A stretch of 64,000 bases of DNA from Spirochaetia bacterium (GTDB taxonomy: Bacteria > Spirochaetota > Spirochaetia > SP-2023). The notes below the pieces were generated by a model. The model had not been told where the DNA came from. It searched no databases and saw only the letters and a list, made by a program, of their open reading frames with translations. Shown here piece after piece: positions 9,584 through 19,389 of the stretch. The translations under genes and the position numbers were made by a program. The first letter of the stretch is position 1. Every line of letters starts with the position of its first letter. The stretch spans positions 800,001 to 864,000 of the forward strand of contig CBDDCK010000005.1 of NCBI GenBank assembly GCA_965225855.1, read 5' to 3'.

Positions 9584-10813
9584 ATGATATACCATTTTTG
9601 TCGTTTGAGAATACTATTGCTATCTGTTAGCTTGTGTTTTTCTATTGCCGTTTTGTATGGTGAAAGTCTATGTAAAGTAGCCCGTATATCTACGGCTAGC
9701 ACAGCAATTCGCAAGGAAAGCCAGGCCAAAGGCCAGCTTATTCAGCGCACCCAATACCACACAATTCGCTTGCAGGCCCTCTATAGTGGCTTCAATCATC
9801 CGTGGGGTATGGCTTGGTATACATCGCATTCGCGCAAAGAAAGCCCTATGATCGTGAGTGAACGCAATGGGGCTGTGTGGTTATTATCATCAGTAGGCAA
9901 CAAGCAAATCAGTGGCTTACCCAGTGATGTTTGCCAGCTAGGGCAGGGTGGTTGGTTTGATATTGTGCAGGCTAGCAATGCTACATTCTACCTTAGTTAT
10001 GCAAAAGGTAGCCGAACATCGAATAGAACTGCCGTGATTTCCTTCAGTTTGCATGAGCAAGACGTATTTGACCCAAGGCGCAAGACGGTGATAGCCCAGA
10101 ACGTTGGCCTCGTGTACCAGATGAACAAAGCAGCAAAATCGTTTAAACATTACGGGGGAATGCTTAGCATTGGCTACGATTCCAACGGCAAAGAACTGCT
10201 ATTGATTGGTTTGGGTGAACGGGGCCAAAGGTATGAAGCCCAAGACCTCAACAGCGATCACGGTACAATCCAAGCGATTTCTTTGGCGGGACACCGCAGC
10301 CGCACCGTAAGCTATGGCAACCGCAATATCCAAGGTTTGTATTATGATTCAGTGCGGCGCAAGCTCTACCAAACAGAACACGGCCCCCAAGGCGGCGATG
10401 AATTGAACCTTATAAAGCTGAATCGCTCGACGCCGGCCAACTATGGTTGGCCGGTGATTTCCTATGGTCGAGAGTATGGTTCGGGCAAACCGATAGGCCA
10501 AGGCAGCCACAAAGCGGGTATGGAACAGCCTTTGTATTATTGGCAAGTATCGCCTGCGCTTTCGGGATTAACGGGATATTACGGTGAAGAGTTTCAGCAA
10601 TGGAGTGGCCATTTGCTGGCAAGCTCCCTGAAATTCCAGCAGATTTACCGTTTAAAGCTCGATCAAAGTGGCAGCAAAGTATTGGAAGTAGAGGCCTTAC
10701 TCACAGAGAAACTGGGGCGGATTCGCTCAATCAAAAACCATAATGGCGTGCTATACATGGTTACAGACCAAAACCCGGGCAAAGTATACCGCATAGAAAA
10801 TGCCAAACTGTAA
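9584..10813 (+). CDS. PQQ-dependent soluble sugar dehydrogenase (GSDH family)
   Basis: HPWGMAW, GQGGWFDI, SYGNRNIQGL, EHGPQGGDELN, NYGWP. Signal peptide. Confidence 0.9.
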   Translation: MIYHFCRLRILLLSVSLCFSIAVLYGESLCKVARISTASTAIRKESQAKGQLIQRTQYHTIRLQALYSGFNHPWGMAWYTSHSRKESPMIVSERNGAVWLLSSVGNKQISGLPSDVCQLGQGGWFDIVQASNATFYLSYAKGSRTSNRTAVISFSLHEQDVFDPRRKTVIAQNVGLVYQMNKAAKSFKHYGGMLSIGYDSNGKELLLIGLGERGQRYEAQDLNSDHGTIQAISLAGHRSRTVSYGNRNIQGLYYDSVRRKLYQTEHGPQGGDELNLIKLNRSTPANYGWPVISYGREYGSGKPIGQGSHKAGMEQPLYYWQVSPALSGLTGYYGEEFQQWSGHLLASSLKFQQIYRLKLDQSGSKVLEVEALLTEKLGRIRSIKNHNGVLYMVTDQNPGKVYRIENAKL

Positions 10814-10931
10814 ACGCTGTACAAACCGTTTAGCAGTGATTGATAGCTGAAATCTATGCGACAATTCAATTGAGTATCGTAGAGAATAAAGCTCTATTTA
10901 GGCGATAATCTAGATCAATGCCGCAGAGATT

Positions 10932-11952
10932 TTACAGCAAAATAAAGCGCAATAAGAACAAAAGCATTAGGCTATACATGATAGGGTGCACTTCATTAGT
11001 CCGTTTTTTCGCTAGCATTCGGATTGATTAGACAAAGAAACCGATGGCAATGCCTTCGGCAATGCTAAAGGTCAACACCATGAATATTATGGTAAACAAG
11101 CAAGAAACAGTTATGGGAAAGTCGTCCCACGGTATGCTGCCCAGTTGAGTTTATCATTAAACAGCCCACCATAATCAGGGCTGGGGCGGTGATATTGGGG
11201 TTGATTACGCTAAAGTAATGGCGAAAAGAATAGAGCTAAAAGGAAGCACAGGGCTACGACTACAGCGGTTAAACTTGTTTTTCCTCTGGCTTCAATGCCC
11301 GTCATCGACTCTACATAACTGGTGATAGAAGAGGCGCCAATCACCGAGCCAACAATCGTACCTAGGGAATCTACCAGCAGAGCTTTGCTGGTTATTCTTG
11401 AGCGAACCATCGGCTTGTATTAGGCCCACTCACTGGGCTACTGCGATCAACAAGCCGTTAGTGAGGAAGAAGTCCACAAAGAAAAAGGCAAACACTACCG
11501 ACCAAAAGTCTCCAGATAACAGGGTTTGGCTGTTGAAGCCTTGCAATACTCCCAACAAGGTTGGCTGAATGCTGGGCACGGGTGCAATGATGTTGCTGGG
11601 CAATGTCGATACACCTAACAGTAAGCTTAGTGTAGCTGTGGCCATCATACCTAGGAAAATGGCTGCCGGTTAAGCGCATAATCAAAAAGATCGCTGTCAA
11701 TAAAAGGCATTGATTCCCATGCCAGAAGCTAGTGCAACTGGATAATTGGCCCACAGACCCATTAGCAAAGTGGCTACTATAGTCCCCAAGATCGTGGCTA
11801 CAAATAGCGCATTCCGATCGATACCAGCGGCACTTAAGATGTCTGGATTCACAAAGATAATGTAAACCATAGATAAGAACGTGGTCAGTCCCGCTAGGAC
11901 TTCCCTAGTAAGAGTGCTACCATTTTTGTTCTAACTGAAAGCGTTTGAGTAT
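10932..11952 (-). pseudogene. Degraded tandem duplicate of the NCS2/AzgA purine permease
   Basis: Fragments (DFWSVVFAFFFVDFF, ITSYVESMTGIE) match 12038-13339. Start codon is ATA. Frameshifts and an internal deletion. Confidence 0.85.
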
Positions 11953-12037
11953 ATGTAAAGCTCCTTTTTTGTTGGGCATTGTTTACAAGTTAATAGGAAG
12001 AGGTTGCTGAATAACGGGGTAAATATTTTGGACAATT

Positions 12038-13339
12038 TTATTGCAGCATGAAGTGTAATAAAAACAATATCATCAAGCCATACATAATAGGGTGCACTTT
12101 TTTGCCTCGTTTGCTCGCCAACATTAAGATCGGATACATGAAGAAACCGACTGCAATGCCTTTGGCAATGCTGAAGGTTAGCACCATGAATATCACGGTT
12201 AAAAATGAAGAAACGGTTAAAGCAAAGTCGTTCCAAACAATGCGGCCCAGTGAATCTACCATCAAACATCCTACAATCATCAAGGTAGGGGCGGTGATAT
12301 TGGCGTTCACTATGCTAAGTAGGGGTGAGAAAAATAGAGTCGATAAAAAGCAAAGGGCGGTTACTACGGAGCTTAGGCCAGTTCTTCCCCCCTGTTCAAT
12401 ACCTGTCATCGACTCTACATAAGTGGTTACTGAAGATGTTCCCAGAATGGCTCCAAAGATGGTTCCTACCGAATCTGCAAGTAAAGCTTGTTGACCTTTT
12501 TTGAGAGAGCCATCTTTTTTTATGAGGCCTATACGTTGCCCTACGGCAATCAAAACACCATTCGTATCAAAAAAGTCAATAAAGAAAAATGCAAAGACAA
12601 CAATCCAAAAATCATTGGATAATAAAGCCTTGCTGTTTAATTCTGTAAATAAACCAAATAGAATGGGCTCTAAGCTAGGTATGGGTGCAATGATATTACT
12701 GGGTAAAGTACAAACCCCCAAAGTTAGGCCCAAGATAATGGAAGCTAGCATACCAAGAAAAATAGCTGCAGGCAGTTTCATAATCACAAAGACAGCAGTC
12801 AAGATAAAGCCAATGATGCTAACTAATACAGGCGTTTCCGCTAAATTACCAATGGTTACAAAAGTTGCTGGGTGTGCTGTGATGATGCCTGCATTCTTCA
12901 AACCAATGAAGGTGATAAAAAAGCCAATACCCGCTGCCACCGCATTTTTTAGGGAAAGTGGAATAGCGTTGATAATGGTGTTTCGCAGACCGGTGAGGGA
13001 AATAATTGTAAAGATGATACCCGAAACAAAAACAGCGGCCATGGCCATTTGCCAAGAATAGCCCATGGTTGCGACAACGCTAAAAGCAAAAAAAGAGTTG
13101 ATCCCCATTGCTGGAGCCAAGGCGATTGGGTAATTGGCCCAAAGGCCCATCAGTAGAGTGGCAAATACACTGCTCAAAATGGTTGCCACAAATACGGCGT
13201 TTTGGTCCATACCGGTTGTACTTAGGATAGCTGGGTTCACAAAAATAATGTAAACCATCGATGCAAAAGTGGTTATGCCAGCTACAGTTTCGGTGGCAAC
13301 AGAACTACCATTCTGCTCGAGCTGAAAGCGTTTTATCAT
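12038..13339 (-). CDS. NCS2 (AzgA/PbuG-like) purine permease
   Basis: AGITTFASMVYIIFVNP, ALAPAMGINSFF, YVESMTGIEQGGRTGL. Confidence 0.93.
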   Translation of the reverse strand: MIKRFQLEQNGSSVATETVAGITTFASMVYIIFVNPAILSTTGMDQNAVFVATILSSVFATLLMGLWANYPIALAPAMGINSFFAFSVVATMGYSWQMAMAAVFVSGIIFTIISLTGLRNTIINAIPLSLKNAVAAGIGFFITFIGLKNAGIITAHPATFVTIGNLAETPVLVSIIGFILTAVFVIMKLPAAIFLGMLASIILGLTLGVCTLPSNIIAPIPSLEPILFGLFTELNSKALLSNDFWIVVFAFFFIDFFDTNGVLIAVGQRIGLIKKDGSLKKGQQALLADSVGTIFGAILGTSSVTTYVESMTGIEQGGRTGLSSVVTALCFLSTLFFSPLLSIVNANITAPTLMIVGCLMVDSLGRIVWNDFALTVSSFLTVIFMVLTFSIAKGIAVGFFMYPILMLASKRGKKVHPIMYGLMILFLLHFMLQ

Positions 13340-13513
13340 TATGGAGACTCCTCAATTACTATTGAACTATTCTTCTATCGGTCCCACCTCATACATGATA
13401 TTGAGAATAGCAATTACACAGAATATTATATAGTCAATTTGGATGTTATATGCAAGTACATTTACATTATTTATATAGTTTACTCAAGCTTTTATAGTAA
13501 ATCCATAAAGTAC

Positions 13514-13542
13514 TTGACAACCTAATGTGTTCTAGCTATGGT
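13514..13542 (+). promoter_or_regulatory. Sigma70 promoter of tRNA-Pro
   Basis: TTGACA-17bp-TATGGT, 16 nt upstream of the tRNA. Confidence 0.7.
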
Positions 13543-13558
13543 ACACGGCGATCTATTT

Positions 13559-13631
13559 CGGGCTGTAGCGCAGGGGTTAGCGTACAAGTCTGGGGGACTT
13601 GTGGTCGGCGGTTCGAATCCGCCCAGCCCGA
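13559..13631 (+). tRNA. tRNA-Pro(GGG), CCA not encoded
   Basis: Acceptor CGGGCTG/CAGCCCG. Anticodon arm CAAGT-CTGGGGG-ACTTG. T arm GGCGG-TTCGAAT-CCGCC. Confidence 0.95.
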
Positions 13632-13643
13632 TTTTTCCCGTAG

Positions 13644-14108
13644 TTGTATCGGCTTTATTTTTCTGTGCTTTTCTGCAGTATTTTGGCAAACCCAACTAAA
13701 CAATCATGGTTCTCGACAGCTATTTTTACAAAGTATTTGCCTACCGTGGGAATGGCCTTACAACAACAATAGTATTTGGCAGCTTTGTACCAAAAGAGGT
13801 TTTCTTAATGCCCATTAAGAGAGTCTCTTGATACCCATTAAGAGAGTCTGCGGGATTGATAAAGATCAAAGCCACTAGCCATAGGCGCTTGGGCTTGGGA
13901 TTGCCAAAGCTAAAATCAACAAAAACCAGCAGCATGGCCAGCAGCATGGGCATGGTTTGGGTAAAGGCAGAAATAGACTTTTTGATAAACAATCCTTACT
14001 ACAATATAATCGAGTGGAGGGATTATTGGCTAAAAAAGTAGTTGTCAAACAAAAATGAAAAAATAAACAACTCACGGCTACTTTATTGGCTTTGATTGAC
14101 TTCTTTTT
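13644..14108 (+). repeat. Dispersed ~465-bp repeat, copy 1
   Basis: Near-identical to 60055-60541. Contains two 23-bp palindromic units and TTGATA-17-TATAAT (13982-14010). Confidence 0.95.
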
Positions 14109-14760
14109 ATTTGGGGCGGTAGCCCTTACATAAAAAGTAGATTTCAAAAGATTGGTTGCGTACTGCTTGAGGTTTTAACCGTTGACAGCTGGCAAAAATC
14201 TGGCGCAGTTCGCACTGTAATTGTTGTTCGCATCCGCCTTGAAAAAGTTTAAACAGCAAGGTTCCATCATGTTGTAAAAACTGTGGTAGCATAGCGATAA
14301 TCGCTTCAACTAAGGCTTGAGAATGGCTGGTATCTACTGTGCGGTTGCCAGTAGTCTTTGGTGCCATATCACTCAAAATAACATCAAATAAGCCATTGAG
14401 TTTCATATATGGCAGAAGCTGTTGCTGAAACTCCGTGCAAGTAAAATCAACTTGGAAAAAGCTGAAAGCTGGAGAGAGTTGCATCTTTCTATTTATCTCA
14501 ACTAAATCTACCGCACAGAGCCATGAACCGTAATTATCTTTTGCAGTTTGGATACGCTGCAATACATAGCGACTCCAGCTGCCCGGTGCAGCACCCAAAT
14601 CTAATACCCGCATGCCAGGGAACAATAGCTTATGCTGCTGGTCTATTTGATTTAGTTTAAATACAGAGCGGGCCTGATAGCCTTCTTGGAAAGCTCTCTT
14701 TGTATAACTGTCGTGGACGTAGTTGCGATTTTTCGGTTTGGTTTGCTTGGTTTTCTTCAT
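14107..14760 (-). CDS. rlmE: 23S rRNA Um2552 methyltransferase RlmE
   Basis: GYQARSVFKL, VLDLGAAPGSWS, DVILSDMAP, KPQAVRNQSFEIY. Confidence 0.93.
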   Translation of the reverse strand: MKKTKQTKPKNRNYVHDSYTKRAFQEGYQARSVFKLNQIDQQHKLLFPGMRVLDLGAAPGSWSRYVLQRIQTAKDNYGSWLCAVDLVEINRKMQLSPAFSFFQVDFTCTEFQQQLLPYMKLNGLFDVILSDMAPKTTGNRTVDTSHSQALVEAIIAMLPQFLQHDGTLLFKLFQGGCEQQLQCELRQIFASCQRLKPQAVRNQSFEIYFLCKGYRPK

Positions 14761-14807
14761 TATCAGAATTTTTTAGCATAGGATTTATGTTGGTTTTTTC
14801 ACAAATC

Positions 14808-15563
14808 TTATTCTAAAGAGCGGAATGGGTCTAAAAAATTATCCCATTCGTCATCAAACTTGCTTTCTTTATGGTTTGCATCATCTTGAAAATTTTGGGC
14901 TTGATTTTGTTTGCTTTCTTGCTCCACTAATTGCAGCAAGTTTTGGTGCACTTTTGCATAAGCCACATCATCTCTGTTTCCAAATAACAAATTTAGAGCC
15001 GTTGCAATATGCTCTAAAATTGGGTCGCAATTTTCAGTTGGGAACAATAAAACATGGACAATACCGCTGGTAACTAAAGCTAGCAGCAGGTTTATCGTAT
15101 GTTCGCTGTTTTTGTGATCTGGGTTTATTTGATTGAGTAGAGCAGCCAATAAACTTTTCAATGGCCTAGTTCGTTTATGGACCAGGTTACCAATAGAATG
15201 ACCTTCTTTCTCTAAGTTCAAAATAAAGGCACTTTGGCTCACCAGCTCGCGGCGTTTTTCACTGCAAGATATGACTATATGACTCAAAATAAAACGCAAG
15301 CGGTCTAATGCTCGCAAATGCTCTAGCGTTACTACTTTATAATAATAGATCATAAATTTATCAGTAAATTGTTTAGAAGCAAAAAATAATATTTGGTGCT
15401 TGTTGCGAAAATATTGGTATAAAGTAGTTCTGGCTATTTTTGCAGCTTTGGCCACATCGGCCAAAGTCGTTGCTTCATAACCTTGCTGCGAAAATAATTC
15501 TAAGGCTTCATTTAGAATTTCCTTTTTCCGTGTTTCGTGGTTAATTTTTTTAGGCATTATCAA
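14808..15563 (-). CDS. TetR/AcrR family regulator
   Basis: N-terminal HTH ILNEALELFSQQGYEATTLADVAKAAKIARTTLYQYF. Confidence 0.9.
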   Translation of the reverse strand: MIMPKKINHETRKKEILNEALELFSQQGYEATTLADVAKAAKIARTTLYQYFRNKHQILFFASKQFTDKFMIYYYKVVTLEHLRALDRLRFILSHIVISCSEKRRELVSQSAFILNLEKEGHSIGNLVHKRTRPLKSLLAALLNQINPDHKNSEHTINLLLALVTSGIVHVLLFPTENCDPILEHIATALNLLFGNRDDVAYAKVHQNLLQLVEQESKQNQAQNFQDDANHKESKFDDEWDNFLDPFRSLE

Positions 15564-15588
15564 AAAATATAAGCTGAGGAAATATACT

Positions 15589-16788
15589 TTAAATATGGGG
15601 CATTGCTAGTGGGTCTACATCGGTTTCATAGTCAATCTCAGGGATACCAAAACCGTGGATACGCAAGTAACTTTTGCGGAAACCTTCAATATCAGAAAGC
15701 TCGGCTAGATTATAGCTATTCACTTCAGCCCATAGGCGGGCCACTTCCGTTTGAATATCTTCACGCATTTCCCAGTCATCCATTCGAATACGGCCTTTTG
15801 AATCAAGCTCTAGTTTGCCTTCTCCATACAAACGCTGGTAAAACAAACGATACATTTGCTCAATGCATTCTTCATGGATGCCTTTTGCTTTCATAACTTT
15901 ATATAATACAGCAACATACAGCGGCACTACCGGAATGACTGAAGACGCTCTTGTTACTAATGCTTTATTTACCGAAATATACGCTTGGCCCTCGATATTT
16001 GCTAAACTTTGGTTTAATTTTGCAGCAGTTTGTTCTAAATGTTCCTTGGCCCCGCCGATTGTGCCGTTCCAGTAAATTGGGTAAGTCAACTCTGGCCCAA
16101 TATAAGAATATGCAACGGTCTTGGTTCTTTGGGCTAGCAAATTATTTTCTCTTAAAGTTTCTATCCAAGCAAACCAATCTTCGCCGCCCATTACTTTAAT
16201 CGTTGCTTTTTGTTCTTCCTCGCTGGCCGCTTCGACCTTAATAGCACTAATTTTCCCCGTCATAAAATCTACAGTCTGGTTATCAAAATTCTTTCCAATG
16301 GGTTTTAATACCGAACGGTAGGTTTGACCACTAACGGGGTCGGTGCGCTGCGCAGAGGCCAAACTATAAACGACTATGTCAAACCCATCAAACCCTTGGC
16401 GACACAATTTGCGTGCAGCAGTAACTACTTGTTCTTTAATTTCATTGGAGAATGCATCGCCATTAATACTTTGACTATTGATTTTTGCTTTGGCAGCCAT
16501 CGTATCAAATGCAAAATTGCAGTAATAGCCCGGAGTGCCCGGGCGTTTGGCCGAAGCTTCTTTTTCAAAAGCAACGCCAATAGTGGTAGTGTTGGCACCA
16601 AAAGCCAAAGAAATGCGGGAAGCCAAACCAAAACCAGCAGAGCAGCCAATAATCAAAGCATTTTTCGGCCCGTTTGCAATTTTCTTCTGGTTCGATACAT
16701 AATCTATCTGGCGTTTTACATCGGCCACAATTCCCTGCGGATGTGTTGTGATGCAGACGTTGTTCAAAATTTTGGGTTCAATTTTCAT
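15589..16788 (-). CDS. fabV: Enoyl-ACP/trans-2-enoyl-CoA reductase FabV
   Basis: IGCSAGFGLASRI, VMGGEDW, YSYIGPELTYPIYWNGTIGGAK. Confidence 0.95.
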   Translation of the reverse strand: MKIEPKILNNVCITTHPQGIVADVKRQIDYVSNQKKIANGPKNALIIGCSAGFGLASRISLAFGANTTTIGVAFEKEASAKRPGTPGYYCNFAFDTMAAKAKINSQSINGDAFSNEIKEQVVTAARKLCRQGFDGFDIVVYSLASAQRTDPVSGQTYRSVLKPIGKNFDNQTVDFMTGKISAIKVEAASEEEQKATIKVMGGEDWFAWIETLRENNLLAQRTKTVAYSYIGPELTYPIYWNGTIGGAKEHLEQTAAKLNQSLANIEGQAYISVNKALVTRASSVIPVVPLYVAVLYKVMKAKGIHEECIEQMYRLFYQRLYGEGKLELDSKGRIRMDDWEMREDIQTEVARLWAEVNSYNLAELSDIEGFRKSYLRIHGFGIPEIDYETDVDPLAMPHI

Positions 16789-16872
16789 ATGGATACTTCC
16801 TCTATATTGGGTATGGGTAATGTTTATCGATCTAGTGGCTTCAAAAATTCTGGTAATGATTTCTTTGATAAA

Positions 16873-17301
16873 CTATTTGGGTACCTCACCGACAATGCAT
16901 TTCCACGAAGCTTCTGCAGCGATTTCTCCCCCCAGTATTGCTTTGCCAGACTGTACGAGCATTTTTGCACCGATGCGCTCATTGATAATTTCAAACTCCA
17001 CGCTATCCCCAGGGCTGACTTGTTTGCGGAATTTAGCTTTGTCAATGGTCGCCAAAAAAAACAGATTATCGCTAGAGAGCAAACCCGCTTTGCGTAGCCC
17101 TGCCCCGCCACATTGGGCCATCGCCTCCACCAGCAAAACCCCCGGCACTACCGGATATTGGGGGAAATGGCCGGCAAAAAAATTGTCTTTCTCTACAGAA
17201 TAGTTGCGCTTGCCAATAATTTTTTCACTTCCTGCTTCCAAAATTTCATCGACAAACAAAAATGGTTCTCGATGTGGGATAAAATCTTTTACTTCCGACA
17301 T
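16873..17301 (-). CDS. fabZ: 3-hydroxyacyl-ACP dehydratase FabZ
   Basis: IPHREPFLFVD, FFAGHFPQYPVVPGVLLVEAMAQ. Confidence 0.95.
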   Translation of the reverse strand: MSEVKDFIPHREPFLFVDEILEAGSEKIIGKRNYSVEKDNFFAGHFPQYPVVPGVLLVEAMAQCGGAGLRKAGLLSSDNLFFLATIDKAKFRKQVSPGDSVEFEIINERIGAKMLVQSGKAILGGEIAAEASWKCIVGEVPK

Positions 17302-17310
17302 GTGTTGTTC

Positions 17311-18564
17311 CTATCTTTCCGTGTATCGTTTCACTACTAAGCAGGCATTGTGCCCACCAAAACCAAGTGAAGTAGAAGCTGCTATTTCTATTTTGCATTC
17401 TTGGCCTTGATCGGCGACAAAATCTAAATCGCATTCGGGATCGGGGTTTTCTAAATTGATCGTGGGAGGCACAAATTGGTCGTGTATCGCACCAATACAA
17501 ACCATTAGTTCGATAGCTCCAGCTGCGCCAATCATATGGCCTGTCATAGATTTGGTTGAAGAAACTTTTAATTTATCGGCATGGTCTTGAAATGCCAAAC
17601 GAATTGCCTTGGTTTCTATAGGGTCGTTAATTAATGTCGAAGTACCATGAGCATTGATATAAGATATTTCTTCAGGGCTGACCTTAGCCATTTTCAAAGC
17701 TTTATCAATGGCTCTAGCTGTGTAAAAACCGTCATCTCTAGGGGAGGTTAAATGAAAAGCATCACAAGTAATGCCATAACCTAGCAATTCCGCATAAATC
17801 TTCACACCGCGTTTTTTAGCATTTTCCAAAGTTTCCAAAATTAAAACGGCTGCGCCTTCACCCATAACAAAACCATCGCGGTCGCGGTCAAAAGGCCGGC
17901 TAGCTCGATGGGGTTCATCGTTAAAATTTGTGCTTAAAGTTTGTAGTTTGGTAAAGGCCCCAATCCCCAACTCGGTCAAAGCTGCTTCTGAACCGCCGAC
18001 TACGGCTGCTTGGATTAAGCCGGATTGAATGGCGCAAAAGGTTTGGCCAATTGCATCTGTACCCGAGGCACAGGCCGTTACCACACCATAGCTAGGGCCG
18101 TGGAAATCATACAAAGTTGCCAAGGTACTTGAACCTTCGTTGATAATTAATTTGGGAATCGATAATGGCGGAATCCCACTAGGCCCTTTGCGTTCCAACA
18201 TACGGGCAGCTTCTTCCATTATTTCAAAGCCACCTATGCCATTGCCGATAATTACAGCTATTTCGTCTTTCGGGTAGAAATTTTGTTCTTTGCTTAACCC
18301 TGCGTCTTCAATTGCTTGAGCCCCTGCATGACAGAAAAATTTTGTAAAGCTGGCCATCTTTCGTAGGGTTTTTCGATCAAAATATTTACTGCTATCTAAG
18401 CCAATTACTTCTGCTGCCACTTTAGAAGGGAATAAATCTGGATTGCAGCGCGTTAATAGCCGAGTACCGCTAACACCTTTTTTCATATTTTGCCAAGTGT
18501 CTTCCCATGTATGGCCCAACGGGCTGACAGCACCCATACCTGTAATAACTACGCGTGTACTCAT
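17311..18564 (-). CDS. fabF: Beta-ketoacyl-ACP synthase II
   Basis: RVVITGMG, TACASG, INAHGTST, KSMTGHMIGAAG, GFGGHN. GGAGG before ATG 18564. Confidence 0.95.
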   Translation of the reverse strand: MSTRVVITGMGAVSPLGHTWEDTWQNMKKGVSGTRLLTRCNPDLFPSKVAAEVIGLDSSKYFDRKTLRKMASFTKFFCHAGAQAIEDAGLSKEQNFYPKDEIAVIIGNGIGGFEIMEEAARMLERKGPSGIPPLSIPKLIINEGSSTLATLYDFHGPSYGVVTACASGTDAIGQTFCAIQSGLIQAAVVGGSEAALTELGIGAFTKLQTLSTNFNDEPHRASRPFDRDRDGFVMGEGAAVLILETLENAKKRGVKIYAELLGYGITCDAFHLTSPRDDGFYTARAIDKALKMAKVSPEEISYINAHGTSTLINDPIETKAIRLAFQDHADKLKVSSTKSMTGHMIGAAGAIELMVCIGAIHDQFVPPTINLENPDPECDLDFVADQGQECKIEIAASTSLGFGGHNACLVVKRYTER

Positions 18565-18595
18565 AAAACCTCCAACTTTGTTGCCAATTTTTGCA

Positions 18596-19366
18596 TTATA
18601 TTGCCATGCCACCATCGACCGGAATTACTTGACCCGTCATATAAGTTGCCAAATCGCTGGCTAAAAATAATACAATCCGGCTAATTTCTTCAGGCTGGCC
18701 AAACCGCCCCAATGGTATTTGGGCTAGTACTTTTTCGCGCTGCTTATCGCTTAGTTTCTCCGTCATGGGAGTTTCAATAAAACCCGGGGCAATGGCATTG
18801 ACCCGCACACCACGGCTGGCAATTTCGCGCGCTACACTTTTAGTAAAACCAATCAAGGCAGCCTTAGAAGCTGCATAGTTTACCTGTCCAGCATTGCCGA
18901 TCAACCCGACAATTGAGCTCATATTGATAATACAGCCAGCCTTTTTTAGAGCCATTTGACGGGAGAGCAATTTTGTCAAATAAAATACGCTGTTTAAATT
19001 GACATCAATAACTTCTTTCCACTGTTCGCTTTTCATACTAAACAACAAGCCATCGCGGGTAATACCAGCATTGTTGACTAAAATGTCGATATGGCCATAC
19101 TCAAGAGCCACTTTGTTGAGAATCTCTTCTACTTTTGCTTCATCGGCTACGTTGGCCTCATAGCCATCGACTCGCACTTGATTTTGTAAGGCCAACTGTT
19201 GCATTTGTGAGTGCTCAGGTGATAAAGAGTTACTGATATAAACCACTTCAGCTTCGGCTTGCAACAGAGTTTTGACAATGTCTTTACCAATACCGCGCCC
19301 CCCTCCAGTAACTAGGGCTCTTTTACCTTTTAGCGATACTAAGTTTATTATTCTTTCACTTGCCAT
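18596..19366 (-). CDS. fabG: 3-oxoacyl-ACP reductase
   Basis: TGGGRGIG, NNAGITRD, NYAASKA, VDGGM. Confidence 0.95.
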   Translation of the reverse strand: MASERIINLVSLKGKRALVTGGGRGIGKDIVKTLLQAEAEVVYISNSLSPEHSQMQQLALQNQVRVDGYEANVADEAKVEEILNKVALEYGHIDILVNNAGITRDGLLFSMKSEQWKEVIDVNLNSVFYLTKLLSRQMALKKAGCIINMSSIVGLIGNAGQVNYAASKAALIGFTKSVAREIASRGVRVNAIAPGFIETPMTEKLSDKQREKVLAQIPLGRFGQPEEISRIVLFLASDLATYMTGQVIPVDGGMAI

Positions 19367-19389
19367 AAAAACCTCATATATATTGTTAT

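Noticed and set aside
12048..13061. Long antisense ORFs here and over aceF, pntB and others
   Set aside because: Shadow frames of well-supported genes on the opposite strand.
13340..13500. Purine riboswitch upstream of the NCS2 permease
   Set aside because: Conserved aptamer motifs were not found by eye.
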